Notes: generated by a model from the letters alone, not told the origin. A stretch of DNA of 63,892 nt, filler included, from 6 parts of 6 records of this genome joined end to end with filler, not necessarily neighbours in it; one strand, 5' to 3'; positions 28,907-38,629 are shown, counted from the first letter of the whole stretch. Program-made: numbers and translations.

Positions 28907-30624
28907 AGACAGACAAGCCGATGAATGTTCAGCCTCAATCCCTGCTCCGCTCCGGCAGCGCTCCAGAGAGCAGCCTGACCAGAATCCTGCGAACGGCCGC
29001 TGCCATAGCCACGCTCAGTTTGTTAACTCTGCAGGCACAAGACTTGCCGCCTGCCGCACGCCCCGGCGTGCCGCCCGTTGAAGAACAAATTCAGACTGAA
29101 GACATCCAGTCAGAAACAGCGCCCGCGCAGGAAACCGTCGTCAGTGAACCCTACGACGCACTCAAAGAATTACAACTGGATCTGGCCAACCTGCTGACGG
29201 ACGAACGATTTAGCAACGCCAGCATCGGCGCAGCGGTATACTCACTGGCCAACAAAAGCTGGGTCTTTGACCAGCGCGGCAACAAAGCCATGCTGCCGGC
29301 CTCATGTGTCAAACTTTTTACTACCGCCGCCGCCCTTGAGAATCTGGGCCCCGACTTTGTTTACAGCACCTCACTCTATTTGGACGGCATCATCAAAAGC
29401 AACGGTGAGTTTCTGGGCAACGTGATCATTCGCGGTGCCGGCGACCCCAGCATGAGCCCCGATTTCCACGACGTCCCCGAAGCCATCCTGGATGAATGGG
29501 TCGATCAGTTTGAACTGCACGGCATAACGTCCATCCGCGGAAATCTGGTCGGCGATGACTCCTATTTTGACCGCGTGGCCCTCGGCCCCGGCTGGGCCTG
29601 GGACGACGCCGGTTTCGCCTACTCGGCCGAAGTCTCCGCCCTGTCATTTTTTGACAACAAAGTTATAATTGTCGTCGAGCCCGGTGATTCGGTGGGTGCG
29701 ACTGCGCGCGCCGCCATGCGGCCACGCAATGAGTTTGTGGATCTGCAGATTCAGGCGCTCACGGGGCCTGCGGACTCAACATCTTCAATTCTTGTGCGCC
29801 GTGAGCCGCATTCGAATGCCGTCACAATCCACGGCCAGATTCCCTTCGACTCGGTTGCCAATCGCCGCTTTGAGTCCTACGAAGTTGCCGTGGTTAATCC
29901 CACGCGATACCTGCTGCATCTGTTTGAACGCACGCTGGATGAGCGTGGCATTCGTTTCCGCGGCCGCAGTTTTGATGCCGACACCTGGGGCGACTACATT
30001 GACTATGCCGAAATGCGGCCAATGTATCGGCACAGTTCCGTTCCGCTCGCACAGATAATCGGTGTTGTCAATCGCCGCAGCCACAATCTGGTGGCTGAGA
30101 TGCTGTTCAAAACACTAGCCAAAGAATTTACAGGTATCGGCAGTTTTGAAGGCGGCACTGAAATCATGGGCATTTTTGGTGGACGCCATGGCATCGCTCC
30201 GGAAAACATCAAACTCGTCGATGGCTCCGGCCTCTCGCGCCTCAACTCCGTAGCGCCACAGCAAATTGTCGCCGTCCTTGGCGCCATGTACAACTCGCCC
30301 AATCGCGACGTGTTTCTTAACTCCCTGGCCACGCCTGGCGACGAGGGAACGATGCAGAATCGCCTCAAAGGCAGTACTGCCGAGACGCGCGTGCATGCCA
30401 AAACGGGCTCGATGAATAATACGAACGCATTGGCCGGTTATGTGTACAGTGCCGATGGAGAGCCTCTGGCATTTGCTCTGATCGTCAATCACGCATCTGC
30501 CCCCAACTCACTGGCGCGCAATCTGCAGGATCTTTTTGTGATGCGTCTGGCCGGCTTCCAGCGTTCGCTGAGCACGGCAAAAGAGCCGCAAACTCCTGCA
30601 AGCCCAATTCAAGGGATGAATTAG
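28903..30624 (+). CDS. dacB: D-Ala-D-Ala carboxypeptidase/endopeptidase PBP4 (S13)
   Basis: PASCVK (SxxK), GAGDP, SHN (SxN), DGSGLSR, HAKTGS (KTG). Confidence 0.93.
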   Translation: MKTDKPMNVQPQSLLRSGSAPESSLTRILRTAAAIATLSLLTLQAQDLPPAARPGVPPVEEQIQTEDIQSETAPAQETVVSEPYDALKELQLDLANLLTDERFSNASIGAAVYSLANKSWVFDQRGNKAMLPASCVKLFTTAAALENLGPDFVYSTSLYLDGIIKSNGEFLGNVIIRGAGDPSMSPDFHDVPEAILDEWVDQFELHGITSIRGNLVGDDSYFDRVALGPGWAWDDAGFAYSAEVSALSFFDNKVIIVVEPGDSVGATARAAMRPRNEFVDLQIQALTGPADSTSSILVRREPHSNAVTIHGQIPFDSVANRRFESYEVAVVNPTRYLLHLFERTLDERGIRFRGRSFDADTWGDYIDYAEMRPMYRHSSVPLAQIIGVVNRRSHNLVAEMLFKTLAKEFTGIGSFEGGTEIMGIFGGRHGIAPENIKLVDGSGLSRLNSVAPQQIVAVLGAMYNSPNRDVFLNSLATPGDEGTMQNRLKGSTAETRVHAKTGSMNNTNALAGYVYSADGEPLAFALIVNHASAPNSLARNLQDLFVMRLAGFQRSLSTAKEPQTPASPIQGMN

Positions 30625-30688
30625 TGCATTCAGATTCAACGCTTCAGTTTGGGTGCTTCTTCGTAAATTGCAGCCGGGATTAATTACG

Positions 30689-30714
30689 CGGCGCTCATTG
30701 GTGGCGCCGTTTTT
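30689..30714 (+). terminator. Rho-independent terminator after dacB
   Basis: CGGCGC-tcattggtg-GCGCCG followed by TTTTT. Confidence 0.65.
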
Positions 30715-30776
30715 GTTGTGAAGCCGCAAATGCGGTACCGGCATGTTGAACCAACCGCCTTCTCTGGCAGCCTTAT

Positions 30777-31997
30777 ATGAATAACTCTCCCGCAGTTACT
30801 GATGCAAGCCCTCAGGCAGAGCCTAAAATCAGTGACGCCATGTACTTTATTTTGCTCTTTCGTCGCCATTGGTTGTTCCTGATTCTTGGAACGCTTATTC
30901 CCACCGGAGCGATGGGTTATTACATGTATAACTACGCGCCCAACTGGTATGGCGCTACTGTGACTTTTGTTCCGCCGCAGATGCAGAACGCGGGAATTGG
31001 CGGTATGCTTGGCGGCATCTCCTCAGCACTCAAAGACTTTGGACTGTCCAAAGTTGGCGGCGGTGCCGGCGGTGGTTATACGCATGGTGTGATTCTGCGC
31101 AGTCGCCAGCTCAAGGACTCGCTCATCCACCACTACAACCTGGACTCGGCCTACGAAATGGAAGAAGCCCTGCCCGGAGATGTGCGCATGGCGCTCGACA
31201 ATAACTTCGACCTCACATTCCAAAAGCTGGGCAACTACGCCCTCACGATTTACGATAAAGACCCCGAAACCGCAGCGCGCATGGCCAATCATGCCGTGCA
31301 AATTGGTGATGCACTAGCTGCCTCGCTCTTCCGCACCGAAGCACAGGTACAGCGCGTGCAAATGGAGAAACAAATTCGTCTCAACGAACTGGAACTCCAG
31401 ATTGCCATGGATTCGATCAAATGGTACGCCAACACCTACCAACTTATCGAACCCGAAGTTCAGGCCGAAGCCGCCGTCGAAGGACTCACCCAGCTGCGTA
31501 CAGAAGTTATCAAGGCGCAGACCGAACTCAACCTCATGCGCCAGTATCTTGGTGCTAATGATCCCGCCGTGGGTACCCAGGAACTGCTCGTAGAGACGCT
31601 CGAAAAGCAGTCCCGCGAGGCCCAGACGCAGCCCGGATTCATCGGCAACTTCAGTCTGGATCAGGGTGCCGACGTCATGTTGCGTTACCTTACGCACCGT
31701 GCCGACGCCGAGGCCCATGGCCGTATGCGTGCTGTTATGATTCCGATGTATCAGCAGGCTTTGCTGGACGAGCAACGCAATATTCCCGCCATGTACGTAC
31801 TCGACGAAGCAATTACGCCTGACCGTCCGGCGCGCCCTTTGCGCAGCCTGTTTATTGCCGGCACGGGACTTCTGATGTTCATTCTGCTTGCTGTAATTGT
31901 TGCTCTTGTCGAAAAATATCGCTCGGTTAAACGCCAGTATCCCGACTACTTTGGCAAGCAGGAATCACAGCCTGCCAACAAGGAACTCTCGGCTTAA
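30777..31997 (+). CDS. Wzz/GumC-like polysaccharide co-polymerase (chain length determinant)
   Basis: N- and C-terminal TM helices flanking a coiled-coil periplasmic region; ILRSRQL, DKDPETAARMAN, proline motif LDEAITPDRPARPLR. Confidence 0.8.
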   Translation: MNNSPAVTDASPQAEPKISDAMYFILLFRRHWLFLILGTLIPTGAMGYYMYNYAPNWYGATVTFVPPQMQNAGIGGMLGGISSALKDFGLSKVGGGAGGGYTHGVILRSRQLKDSLIHHYNLDSAYEMEEALPGDVRMALDNNFDLTFQKLGNYALTIYDKDPETAARMANHAVQIGDALAASLFRTEAQVQRVQMEKQIRLNELELQIAMDSIKWYANTYQLIEPEVQAEAAVEGLTQLRTEVIKAQTELNLMRQYLGANDPAVGTQELLVETLEKQSREAQTQPGFIGNFSLDQGADVMLRYLTHRADAEAHGRMRAVMIPMYQQALLDEQRNIPAMYVLDEAITPDRPARPLRSLFIAGTGLLMFILLAVIVALVEKYRSVKRQYPDYFGKQESQPANKELSA

Positions 31998-32210
31998 CTC
32001 TTGTTTTTTGGCACTCGTCTCAAGGTCTTGGGGCTGTCCGGCCTGGTTTTGTGCTTGCCTGGGCAGCCTGAATTCTCACCGCTTTCACACCGATTTTTTA
32101 GAGCGCCGCGCCCCTTGCGCCTCCGGCTTGTGGCTAGCTTTTTTCTTTTTGTTCGTTCTTGTGTTCGAAGCTGGAAGGCTCCGGGAGCGGTCTGGAGCCT
32201 GTGTACCAAC

Positions 32211-32239
32211 CAGCATTTCAGCATTTCAGCATTTCAGCA
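32211..32239. repeat. 8-bp tandem repeat (CAGCATTT)n at contig end
   Basis: CAGCATTT x3 + CAGCA running into the gap. Confidence 0.85.
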
Positions 32240-32339
32240 NNNNNNNNNNNNNNNNNNNNNNNNNNNNNNNNNNNNNNNNNNNNTTAATTAATTAANNNNN
32301 NNNNNNNNNNNNNNNNNNNNNNNNNNNNNNNNNNNNNNN
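32240..32339. other. Artificial contig spacer
   Basis: N-run + TTAATTAATTAA. Confidence 0.99.
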
Positions 32340-32729
32340 GCTGTTCATGAACAGCGTCAGGGTCATTTCCACACCTTCGCGAATGGACGCAACCAGCTCG
32401 CCTGCGTTTTCGTGACCCTCGGTGCTTTCGACCGCCTTCTCCAGACTGTCAGCCACCGGCAACAGCTCTTTCACAAACTTCTCGAGCGCAAACTTGTGAG
32501 CTTTTTCCACATCAATCTCGGCCCGGCGACGGACATTCTGCATCTCCGCCTGTGCCCGCAAGGCCTGCTCCTGGTACTCCTGCAGTTTCTGCTGCAGCAC
32601 ATCCAGCTCGGAGCCCTGCTCCGGTGACTGCTCGGCATCCTGGTTACCTGCAGCCTGCTCTTCCGCCGCAGCTTCTGCTGCCTCGTTGCGTTCTTCTACC
32701 TGTTCGTTGCGCTTTTCGTCAGCACTCAT
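32340..32729 (-). CDS. grpE: GrpE nucleotide exchange factor (3' truncated)
   Basis: [41 protein letters not shown]; start ATG 32729 after AGGAG. Confidence 0.96.
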
Positions 32730-32823
32730 GACAACTCCTGATAACGTTTTACGGCCACGGAGGCCTGCAGAAATAACCACTCCCGCTTGTGCAGAAAGCA
32801 GGAAAGAATCGCTTTGCGAACCG

Positions 32824-32851
32824 ATATGGGGCCCGCTTCCCGGGTTTCAAC
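32824..32851 (-). promoter_or_regulatory. sigma32 (RpoH) promoter of grpE
   Basis: Minus strand GTTGAAA-N13-CCCCATAT. Confidence 0.85.
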
Positions 32852-32909
32852 CGTCACCCACGCAATCTTTGATGTTTTCATCATTTCCTGTTTGCAAACC
32901 GGAAAAACC

Positions 32910-32944
32910 CTGTATATATTCACAGCACCTGTATGAACAAACAG
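32910..32944. promoter_or_regulatory. Two tandem LexA (SOS) boxes upstream of recN
   Basis: CTGTATATATTCACAG (32910-32925) and CTGTATGAACAAACAG (32929-32944), both CTGT-N8-ACAG. Confidence 0.9.
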
Positions 32945-32988
32945 TGGTCAGAGTTATTACTTGCTCAAGAACGAGCGGAGGTTGCGGC

Positions 32989-34668
32989 ATGCTCACACAA
33001 CTCACGGTATCGAACTACGCCATTGCAGAAAGGGTTGAACTCCAGTTCAACCGCGGTATGACAGCCCTGACTGGGGAAACCGGCGCCGGCAAGTCGATTG
33101 TACTTGATGCCCTTGGCCTGGCCATGGGAGGCCGGGCCGATGCCGGCGCTGTTCGCCATGGCGCCAAGCGTGCCGACATTACCGCCAGCTTCGATATATC
33201 CCGCATCCCTGAAGCCCGGTCCTGGCTGGACAGCCATGAGCTGGACGACAAGGACGATTGCATCCTGCGCCGGACCATCAGCAAGGACGGCCGCTCCAAG
33301 GCATTCATTAATGGCCAGCCCTGCCCGCTGTCACAATTGAAAGAACTGGGCGGCCTGCTGATGGATATCCACAGTCAGCACCAGCATCAATCCCTGCTGC
33401 GCAAGGAAACCCACCGAAAGCTGCTGGACGAGTTCGCCGGCGCGGAAAGCCTGGCCAACGAAACCCGATCTGCATGGAAAGCCTGGCACCAGACGCGTCA
33501 GAAACTACAGCAACGCCAGCACAATGCTGATGAGGCCGAGGCCCGTTTACAGCTGCTGCGCTATCAGGTGGAAGAGCTGGACAGGTTGGCGCTGGGCGAG
33601 GACGAACAGACAACCCTGGAAACCGAACAAGCACAGCTCAGCCAGGCCGACGCCGTACTTCACAGCAGCCACCAGGCCGCCCTGCTATGCACTGAAGATG
33701 AGGTTTCGGCCGCAGACCTGGTGCGCCAGGCACTGCACCAACTGGAGCAACTGCCGGTTGATGTCCCGGCACTGACCGACACCATCCAGATGCTGAACGA
33801 AGCACAGATTCAGATTTCAGAAGCCGGCGACAACCTGCGCCGCTTCGTAGACGACTACGAAGCCGACCCGGTCCGACTGAACGAAGTGGAAGAACGGCTC
33901 AGCGCCATTTATCAGATGGCGCGCAAACACCGGATCACCCCGGAGGAGTTACCGGAATTGCATCAACGCCTGAGCCAGGAGCTGGCCGAACTGGATGGCG
34001 GCGAAGGCAGCCTGGAACAACTTCAGGCCGAGCTGGAAAACCTGCGGGCACGGTTTGACGCCCTGGCCACCAAGCTGACAGAAACACGCCGGAATGCCGC
34101 CATGGAGCTCGACCAGCGAATCGCCCGGGAGTTGGCACAATTGAGCATGCCATCGGTGCAGTTTGTCAGCCACCTGAGCCGGAACAGTGATGACGAACCT
34201 GCCCCTCACGGCATGGAAGAGGTGGAATTCCTGGTGAGTGCCAACCCGGGCCAACCCGCCCGATCGTTGGCCAAGGTGGCTTCCGGCGGTGAACTTTCCC
34301 GCATAAGCCTGGCCATTCAGGTGGTTGTGGCACAAACCTCCACCACACCAACTTTGGTGTTCGATGAGGTGGATGTCGGCATCGGTGGCGGCACCGCGGA
34401 GGTCGTAGGCCGCCTGCTGAGAGCACTCGGCGAGAATGGCCAGGTACTGTGCGTCACGCACCTGCCGCAGGTGGCGGCCCAGTGCCATCAGCATTTGTTC
34501 GTCAGCAAATTTACCGAGAAAGACGCGACCTATTCACGCATCGAATCCCTGGATGACCAGGGCCGGATCAGCGAAGTCGCAAGGATGCTTGGCGGAGTGG
34601 ACATGACAGAACAGACCATAGCCCATGCCCGGGAGATGTTTGTAAAGGGCCAGGCAACCCATCACTAA
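32989..34668 (+). CDS. recN: DNA repair protein RecN
   Basis: TGETGAGKS, SQHQHQSL, ASGGELSR, VFDEVDVGIGG, VTHLPQVAA; start ATG 32989 after GGAGG. Confidence 0.97.
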   Translation: MLTQLTVSNYAIAERVELQFNRGMTALTGETGAGKSIVLDALGLAMGGRADAGAVRHGAKRADITASFDISRIPEARSWLDSHELDDKDDCILRRTISKDGRSKAFINGQPCPLSQLKELGGLLMDIHSQHQHQSLLRKETHRKLLDEFAGAESLANETRSAWKAWHQTRQKLQQRQHNADEAEARLQLLRYQVEELDRLALGEDEQTTLETEQAQLSQADAVLHSSHQAALLCTEDEVSAADLVRQALHQLEQLPVDVPALTDTIQMLNEAQIQISEAGDNLRRFVDDYEADPVRLNEVEERLSAIYQMARKHRITPEELPELHQRLSQELAELDGGEGSLEQLQAELENLRARFDALATKLTETRRNAAMELDQRIARELAQLSMPSVQFVSHLSRNSDDEPAPHGMEEVEFLVSANPGQPARSLAKVASGGELSRISLAIQVVVAQTSTTPTLVFDEVDVGIGGGTAEVVGRLLRALGENGQVLCVTHLPQVAAQCHQHLFVSKFTEKDATYSRIESLDDQGRISEVARMLGGVDMTEQTIAHAREMFVKGQATHH

Positions 34669-34694
34669 TCCCCCTCTCGTTTCGGAGAGCTTCT

Positions 34695-34723
34695 GGGCCA
34701 GCCTTGTCGCTGGCCCTTTTTTT
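34695..34723 (+). terminator. Rho-independent terminator between convergent recN and fur
   Basis: GGGCCAGC-cttgtc-GCTGGCCC followed by a 7-T run. Confidence 0.8.
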
Positions 34724-35141
34724 ACTTCTTATCGGACTTCAGTGGCTTCACGTAAAGGATCAGGCTGTGATCGACAATCTCATAGCCGTGCTCTGCCGCA
34801 ATCTTCTGCTGGCGCTCCTCGATGACCTCATCGACGAACTCAACAACTTCGCCAGTCTGGGTGCAAACCATGTGGTCGTGATGATCATCACCGGCCATCT
34901 CGAACACCGCGTGACCGCCTTCGAAATTATGACGCAACACGAGGCCTGCAGCTTCGAACTGGGTCAGCACCCGGTAGACTGTCGCCAGGCCCACGTCATC
35001 GCCCTGGTCCAGCAGCTTTTTATAAACGTCTTCAGCACTCAGGTGATGTTCTTCAGCATTCTCAAGGATATTGAAGATCTTGACCCTTGGCAGAGTAACC
35101 TTCAGACCGACTTTTCGTAATTCGGCGTTTTCAGATGACAT
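34722..35141 (-). CDS. fur: Ferric uptake regulator
   Basis: LRKVGLKVTLPRVKI, GLATVYRVLTQFE, HHDHMVC. Confidence 0.97.
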   Translation of the reverse strand: MSSENAELRKVGLKVTLPRVKIFNILENAEEHHLSAEDVYKKLLDQGDDVGLATVYRVLTQFEAAGLVLRHNFEGGHAVFEMAGDDHHDHMVCTQTGEVVEFVDEVIEERQQKIAAEHGYEIVDHSLILYVKPLKSDKK

Positions 35142-35263
35142 GTTACCATTCGCTCTTTGGTGTGCCTCACGGCTTCCGGTATGATGAAGCCGCAGTACGA
35201 CGGATGACCCGTTTCACACCTGCTCAACGCAGGCGAATTCAAGATAGAGGATTTCCCCCGGCG

Positions 35264-35596
35264 ATGCAAAAGCTCCCCGCTATCGTTCTTATTAGCATTT
35301 TATCCTTGTCCGGCTGTGTTTTTCCGGGCGTCTACAAAATCAATGTCCAGCAGGGCAACATTGTCACCGATGAGGAGCTGACGGAACTGTCCGAGGGCAT
35401 GCCCAGAAGTCAGGTTCACGCGCTGCTGGGAAGCCCGTTGATGCTGAACCCCGTCGACCCGTCCCGGGAATACTATGTTTACACCTTTCAGCGCCGGGGC
35501 AACGAGATCGAAGAACAGCGCATCATCGTTTACTACGAGAATGATCAGCTGAGCCACTACGAAGCCCAGCTCCTGGAAGAAACACCAGCCTACTAG
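35264..35596 (+). CDS. bamE: Outer membrane protein assembly factor BamE
   Basis: Lipobox LSGC, VYKINVQQGN, GMPRSQV..LLGSP; divergent from fur (conserved synteny). Confidence 0.93.
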   Translation: MQKLPAIVLISILSLSGCVFPGVYKINVQQGNIVTDEELTELSEGMPRSQVHALLGSPLMLNPVDPSREYYVYTFQRRGNEIEEQRIIVYYENDQLSHYEAQLLEETPAY

Positions 35597-35599
35597 CGC

Positions 35600-35881
35600 T
35601 TACGCTTTCTTTTTAGCCCGGTTCAGGCGAGCCTGCTTGGGATCAATCTTGAGTGGGCGGTATAGCTCCACCCGGTCGCCTTCTCTCAGAACATGCTCGG
35701 CCGGGTTCTTCACCACTTTGCCAAACACCCCCATATCGATAGCGTCCGGATCAATCTCCGGAAAGATCTCGGTAATCCTGGAGAGCTTCACGGCTTCAAG
35801 GGCTGTAGTGCCCGGAGGCACCACCACGGGCACAATCTGCTGCTTGTCCGGGCGGGCATAGGCCACTTCCACTTCCATCAC
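35600..35881 (-). CDS. rnfH: RnfH/RatB family ubiquitin-like protein
   Basis: VEVAYA, GVFGK, LREGDRVELYRPLKIDPKQAR. Confidence 0.92.
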   Translation of the reverse strand: MMEVEVAYARPDKQQIVPVVVPPGTTALEAVKLSRITEIFPEIDPDAIDMGVFGKVVKNPAEHVLREGDRVELYRPLKIDPKQARLNRAKKKA

Positions 35882-36324
35882 ACGATCCCTCCGCGATAAA
35901 CCTCGTCTGCGCGACGACAGAAAGCATCCACCATGGTATTGGCCGCCTGATTAAATACCGGGCCGAAAGTCATTCGTGAAAGCGAGCCTGAAAATTCGAA
36001 CTCCAGGGTCAGGATTACTTTGCAGGCGTTATCGTCCAGAGCCCGAAAGTGCCAGCGCCCCGTAAGATTTCTGAGCGGGCCGTCCACGAGCTTCATTTCA
36101 ATGGTCTCTGGCATCAGCAACTGGTTTCGTGTGGTCAGCCGGTGGCGAACGCCCCCTTTGGAAATATCCAGTGAAGCCATGATTTCAGCGTCGTTCTGTT
36201 CGTGGACCTCTGCCCCGGCACACCAGGGTAAGAACTCAGGGTAACGGGCAACGTCATTGACCAGGTGGAACATACGCTCCGCCGAGTGCATAACCAATGC
36301 GGTCTTGTCGATCTGATGTGCCAT
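35878..36324 (-). CDS. ratA: RatA/PasT (Coq10-like START domain) protein
   Basis: SAERMFHLVNDVARYPEFLPWC, LVDGP..LTGRWHF, MVDAFCRRA. Confidence 0.94.
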   Translation of the reverse strand: MAHQIDKTALVMHSAERMFHLVNDVARYPEFLPWCAGAEVHEQNDAEIMASLDISKGGVRHRLTTRNQLLMPETIEMKLVDGPLRNLTGRWHFRALDDNACKVILTLEFEFSGSLSRMTFGPVFNQAANTMVDAFCRRADEVYRGGIV

Positions 36325-36375
36325 GTAAACCGGATTTCCTGCGTTTCAGACTTCGTTCCAGCCCTGCCGGGCCAG

Positions 36376-37611
36376 TCAGACACTATGATAAAGGATATCG
36401 CCCTCTTTGGGGGCATTTTCATCTGGTTCGGGCTGCCCGTTTTCCGCGGGCAGCACGGCCTCTTCGGGTGTCTTCGGAGGTACATCTTCCTCAACCGGGC
36501 TGTCTTCAGGCGCCCTATTCTGCGCCTCAACAGACGCTGTAGGTTGCTGGCACCAGATAGCAGCACTGCCGTTGTCACACAGGTTGCCGAGTGAGAAAAG
36601 CGTGTACTGTAGCCCGATCCAGGCCGCCACAACAGGAAGCACCAGGCGCATGACCCAGAACCAGATTCTCCGGAACACAACCGGCGCATTGCCCAGAATG
36701 GTTGCCGCGAAGCGCCGGGTGATACACCAGCCGGCAAATGTGGCAATGAGAATAGCCACCGCCGGTATCACAATGCCACCGGCGGCCAGTTCCAGCCATC
36801 GAAATACAGTGGCACCGCCTATGCGGTAATCGGCCCACAGATTGAAGGAGAACAGGGAAGCCAGCCCGGCGAACCAGACTGCAAGCCCGACAATGACCGC
36901 AGACCAGCCCCGAGGCGCCCCGGTCCACTCCCGGAACCATCCCACCACCGGTTCGAGCAGAGACAAACCCGTCGCCCAGACAATCAGCACCACCAGCAGG
37001 AAAACCGACGCGATCACCACCTGACTGTAGGGTAAGCCTGATAGCGCGACCGGCAGGGAAACAAAAAGCAGGCTGAAACCCCGTTCACCCTCAAGGCTGC
37101 TACCGTCCGCTGCAACTGAAAACATCATCAATCCGGCCATGATGGCGACCAGGGTGTCCATCAACACCACAGCCAGTATTGAGCGTTTCAGGCGGGTATG
37201 GCTGGTGGAATAGGCGCCAAATATGGCCCACACCCCCATTCCGAGACCCAAGGTATAAAAAGCATGGAAGAACGCTGCCTTGATACTAGCCGCTGTTACC
37301 TGCTCCGGCCGCATCACCAGAACGTGATCTATCCCGGACTGCAAGCTCCCCCGCATTGCTGCCAGCCCGAACAGCACCAACATCAACAGCAGGGTGCAGG
37401 GTACGATCATGCGCATCGATCGCTCCAGGCCCTTGACCACCCCGCGGGCAGAAACCGCAACCACGAGAATCATGAAGAAAACATGCCAGGCCATAAACTG
37501 CCGATAGTGGCCCGGGTCCGACACCAGCTCCGACAGAACAGCAGTTGCTGAGGCCGCCGAAGCACCCTCGAAACGGTCAGTTGCACCGAAAAAGATGTAA
37601 GCCAGAACAAT
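36376..37611 (-). CDS. Sodium-dependent transporter, NSS/SNF family (5' truncated)
   Basis: Frame is open to the contig end; GVVKGLER, AFYTLGLGMG, DTLVAIMAG, SLLEPVV; position next to ratA matches pseudomonad synteny. Confidence 0.85.
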   Translation of the reverse strand: MVLAYIFFGATDRFEGASAASATAVLSELVSDPGHYRQFMAWHVFFMILVVAVSARGVVKGLERSMRMIVPCTLLLMLVLFGLAAMRGSLQSGIDHVLVMRPEQVTAASIKAAFFHAFYTLGLGMGVWAIFGAYSTSHTRLKRSILAVVLMDTLVAIMAGLMMFSVAADGSSLEGERGFSLLFVSLPVALSGLPYSQVVIASVFLLVVLIVWATGLSLLEPVVGWFREWTGAPRGWSAVIVGLAVWFAGLASLFSFNLWADYRIGGATVFRWLELAAGGIVIPAVAILIATFAGWCITRRFAATILGNAPVVFRRIWFWVMRLVLPVVAAWIGLQYTLFSLGNLCDNGSAAIWCQQPTASVEAQNRAPEDSPVEEDVPPKTPEEAVLPAENGQPEPDENAPKEGDILYHSV

Positions 37612-37711
37612 NNNNNNNNNNNNNNNNNNNNNNNNNNNNNNNNNNNNNNNNNNNNTTAATTAATTAANNNNNNNNNNNNNNNNNNNNNNNNNNNNNNNNN
37701 NNNNNNNNNNN
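37612..37711. other. Artificial contig spacer
   Basis: N-run + TTAATTAATTAA. Confidence 0.99.
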
Positions 37712-37714
37712 TCC

Positions 37715-37923
37715 GCGTTCTCCGCGCCTCTGCGTTTCAAAACGATCCGATATGATCGTGTACACACCGAGTCTCTGCGTCGGATGCACAATCGAGGACG
37801 ACTTCCTTTTTCATCACCAACGCCAACGAACAAAGCCTGCAGAGAATTAGAAACGCTAAGATCGCAAAGCTCTTGCTCGCACGCCTCCTCGGCGTTCTCC
37901 GTGCCTCTGCGTTTCAAAACGAT
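37715..37923. repeat. Two 32-bp direct repeats (planctomycete REP-like)
   Basis: GCGTTCTCCG(C/T)GCCTCTGCGTTTCAAAACGAT at 37715-37746 and 37892-37923, one mismatch. Confidence 0.85.
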
Positions 37924-37961
37924 TGAACTTGTCTACGCCCTCACCCCCACTCGCAAGGGCA

Positions 37962-38414
37962 ATGGCTAGTAACATCGATGCATCAACACTGCCACCACAA
38001 ATGATTTCTAAGATCCCATCTTATGGCTTGCTGGCGATCATAACGATGACTGCTGGCCTGGCGTCCCGCCAATACGCTGATGCTCTCCCAAGTTTCCTGG
38101 CTGAATACCTTGGGGATACACTCTGGGCAATGATGGTGTTCTGGGGCTTCTGTATGCTTCTGCCGCATTTTTCAGTCAGCCTGCGTGGCATACTGGCAGG
38201 AGTGTTTTCCTTCACAATAGAATGCAGTCAGCTCTATCACGCTCCCTGGATCGACTCGATTCGTCAAACGAGGCTAGGCGGTTTAGTACTCGGGCACGGT
38301 TTCCTATGGATAGACTTCGTCTGCTACAGTGTTGGAATTCTAATTGGTGTGGTGGTCGCCATCTCAGCCGAGAACTTTCTGTGCACTCCATCCGCCATAC
38401 GAAACTCTGATTAG
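37962..38414 (+). CDS. DUF2809 family membrane protein
   Basis: GLASR, YLGDTLWAMM, IECSQLYHAPWIDSIRQTRLGGLVLGHGFLWID..CYSVG; start may be 38001. Confidence 0.85.
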   Translation: MASNIDASTLPPQMISKIPSYGLLAIITMTAGLASRQYADALPSFLAEYLGDTLWAMMVFWGFCMLLPHFSVSLRGILAGVFSFTIECSQLYHAPWIDSIRQTRLGGLVLGHGFLWIDFVCYSVGILIGVVVAISAENFLCTPSAIRNSD

Positions 38415-38629
38415 CGAGCTGCCTGGGTTTCCGCGGCCCCCAGCGAATCTCAAAGCTCCGATTAATAGAATTCGAGCGTCAGCCCCCGACGAAAGCGTAC
38501 TGAATCCAACTGATTCGGCGGCGCAATGCTCTCCAATGCCTTACAACCGACAAGACTAAACGAAAACAGAGCAGCTCTTGGCTGCCCTGTTAAGACTCAG
38601 ATGATTGTTATCGCAGGAAAGGTTGTAAC

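Noticed and set aside
35600-36324. RatA/RnfH as a toxin-antitoxin system
   Set aside because: Conserved housekeeping pair; RatA/PasT is a Coq10-like ubiquinone-binding protein.
37715-37923. Possible CRISPR array
   Set aside because: Only two repeats, a 145-bp spacer and no cas genes; better explained as a dispersed REP-like element.
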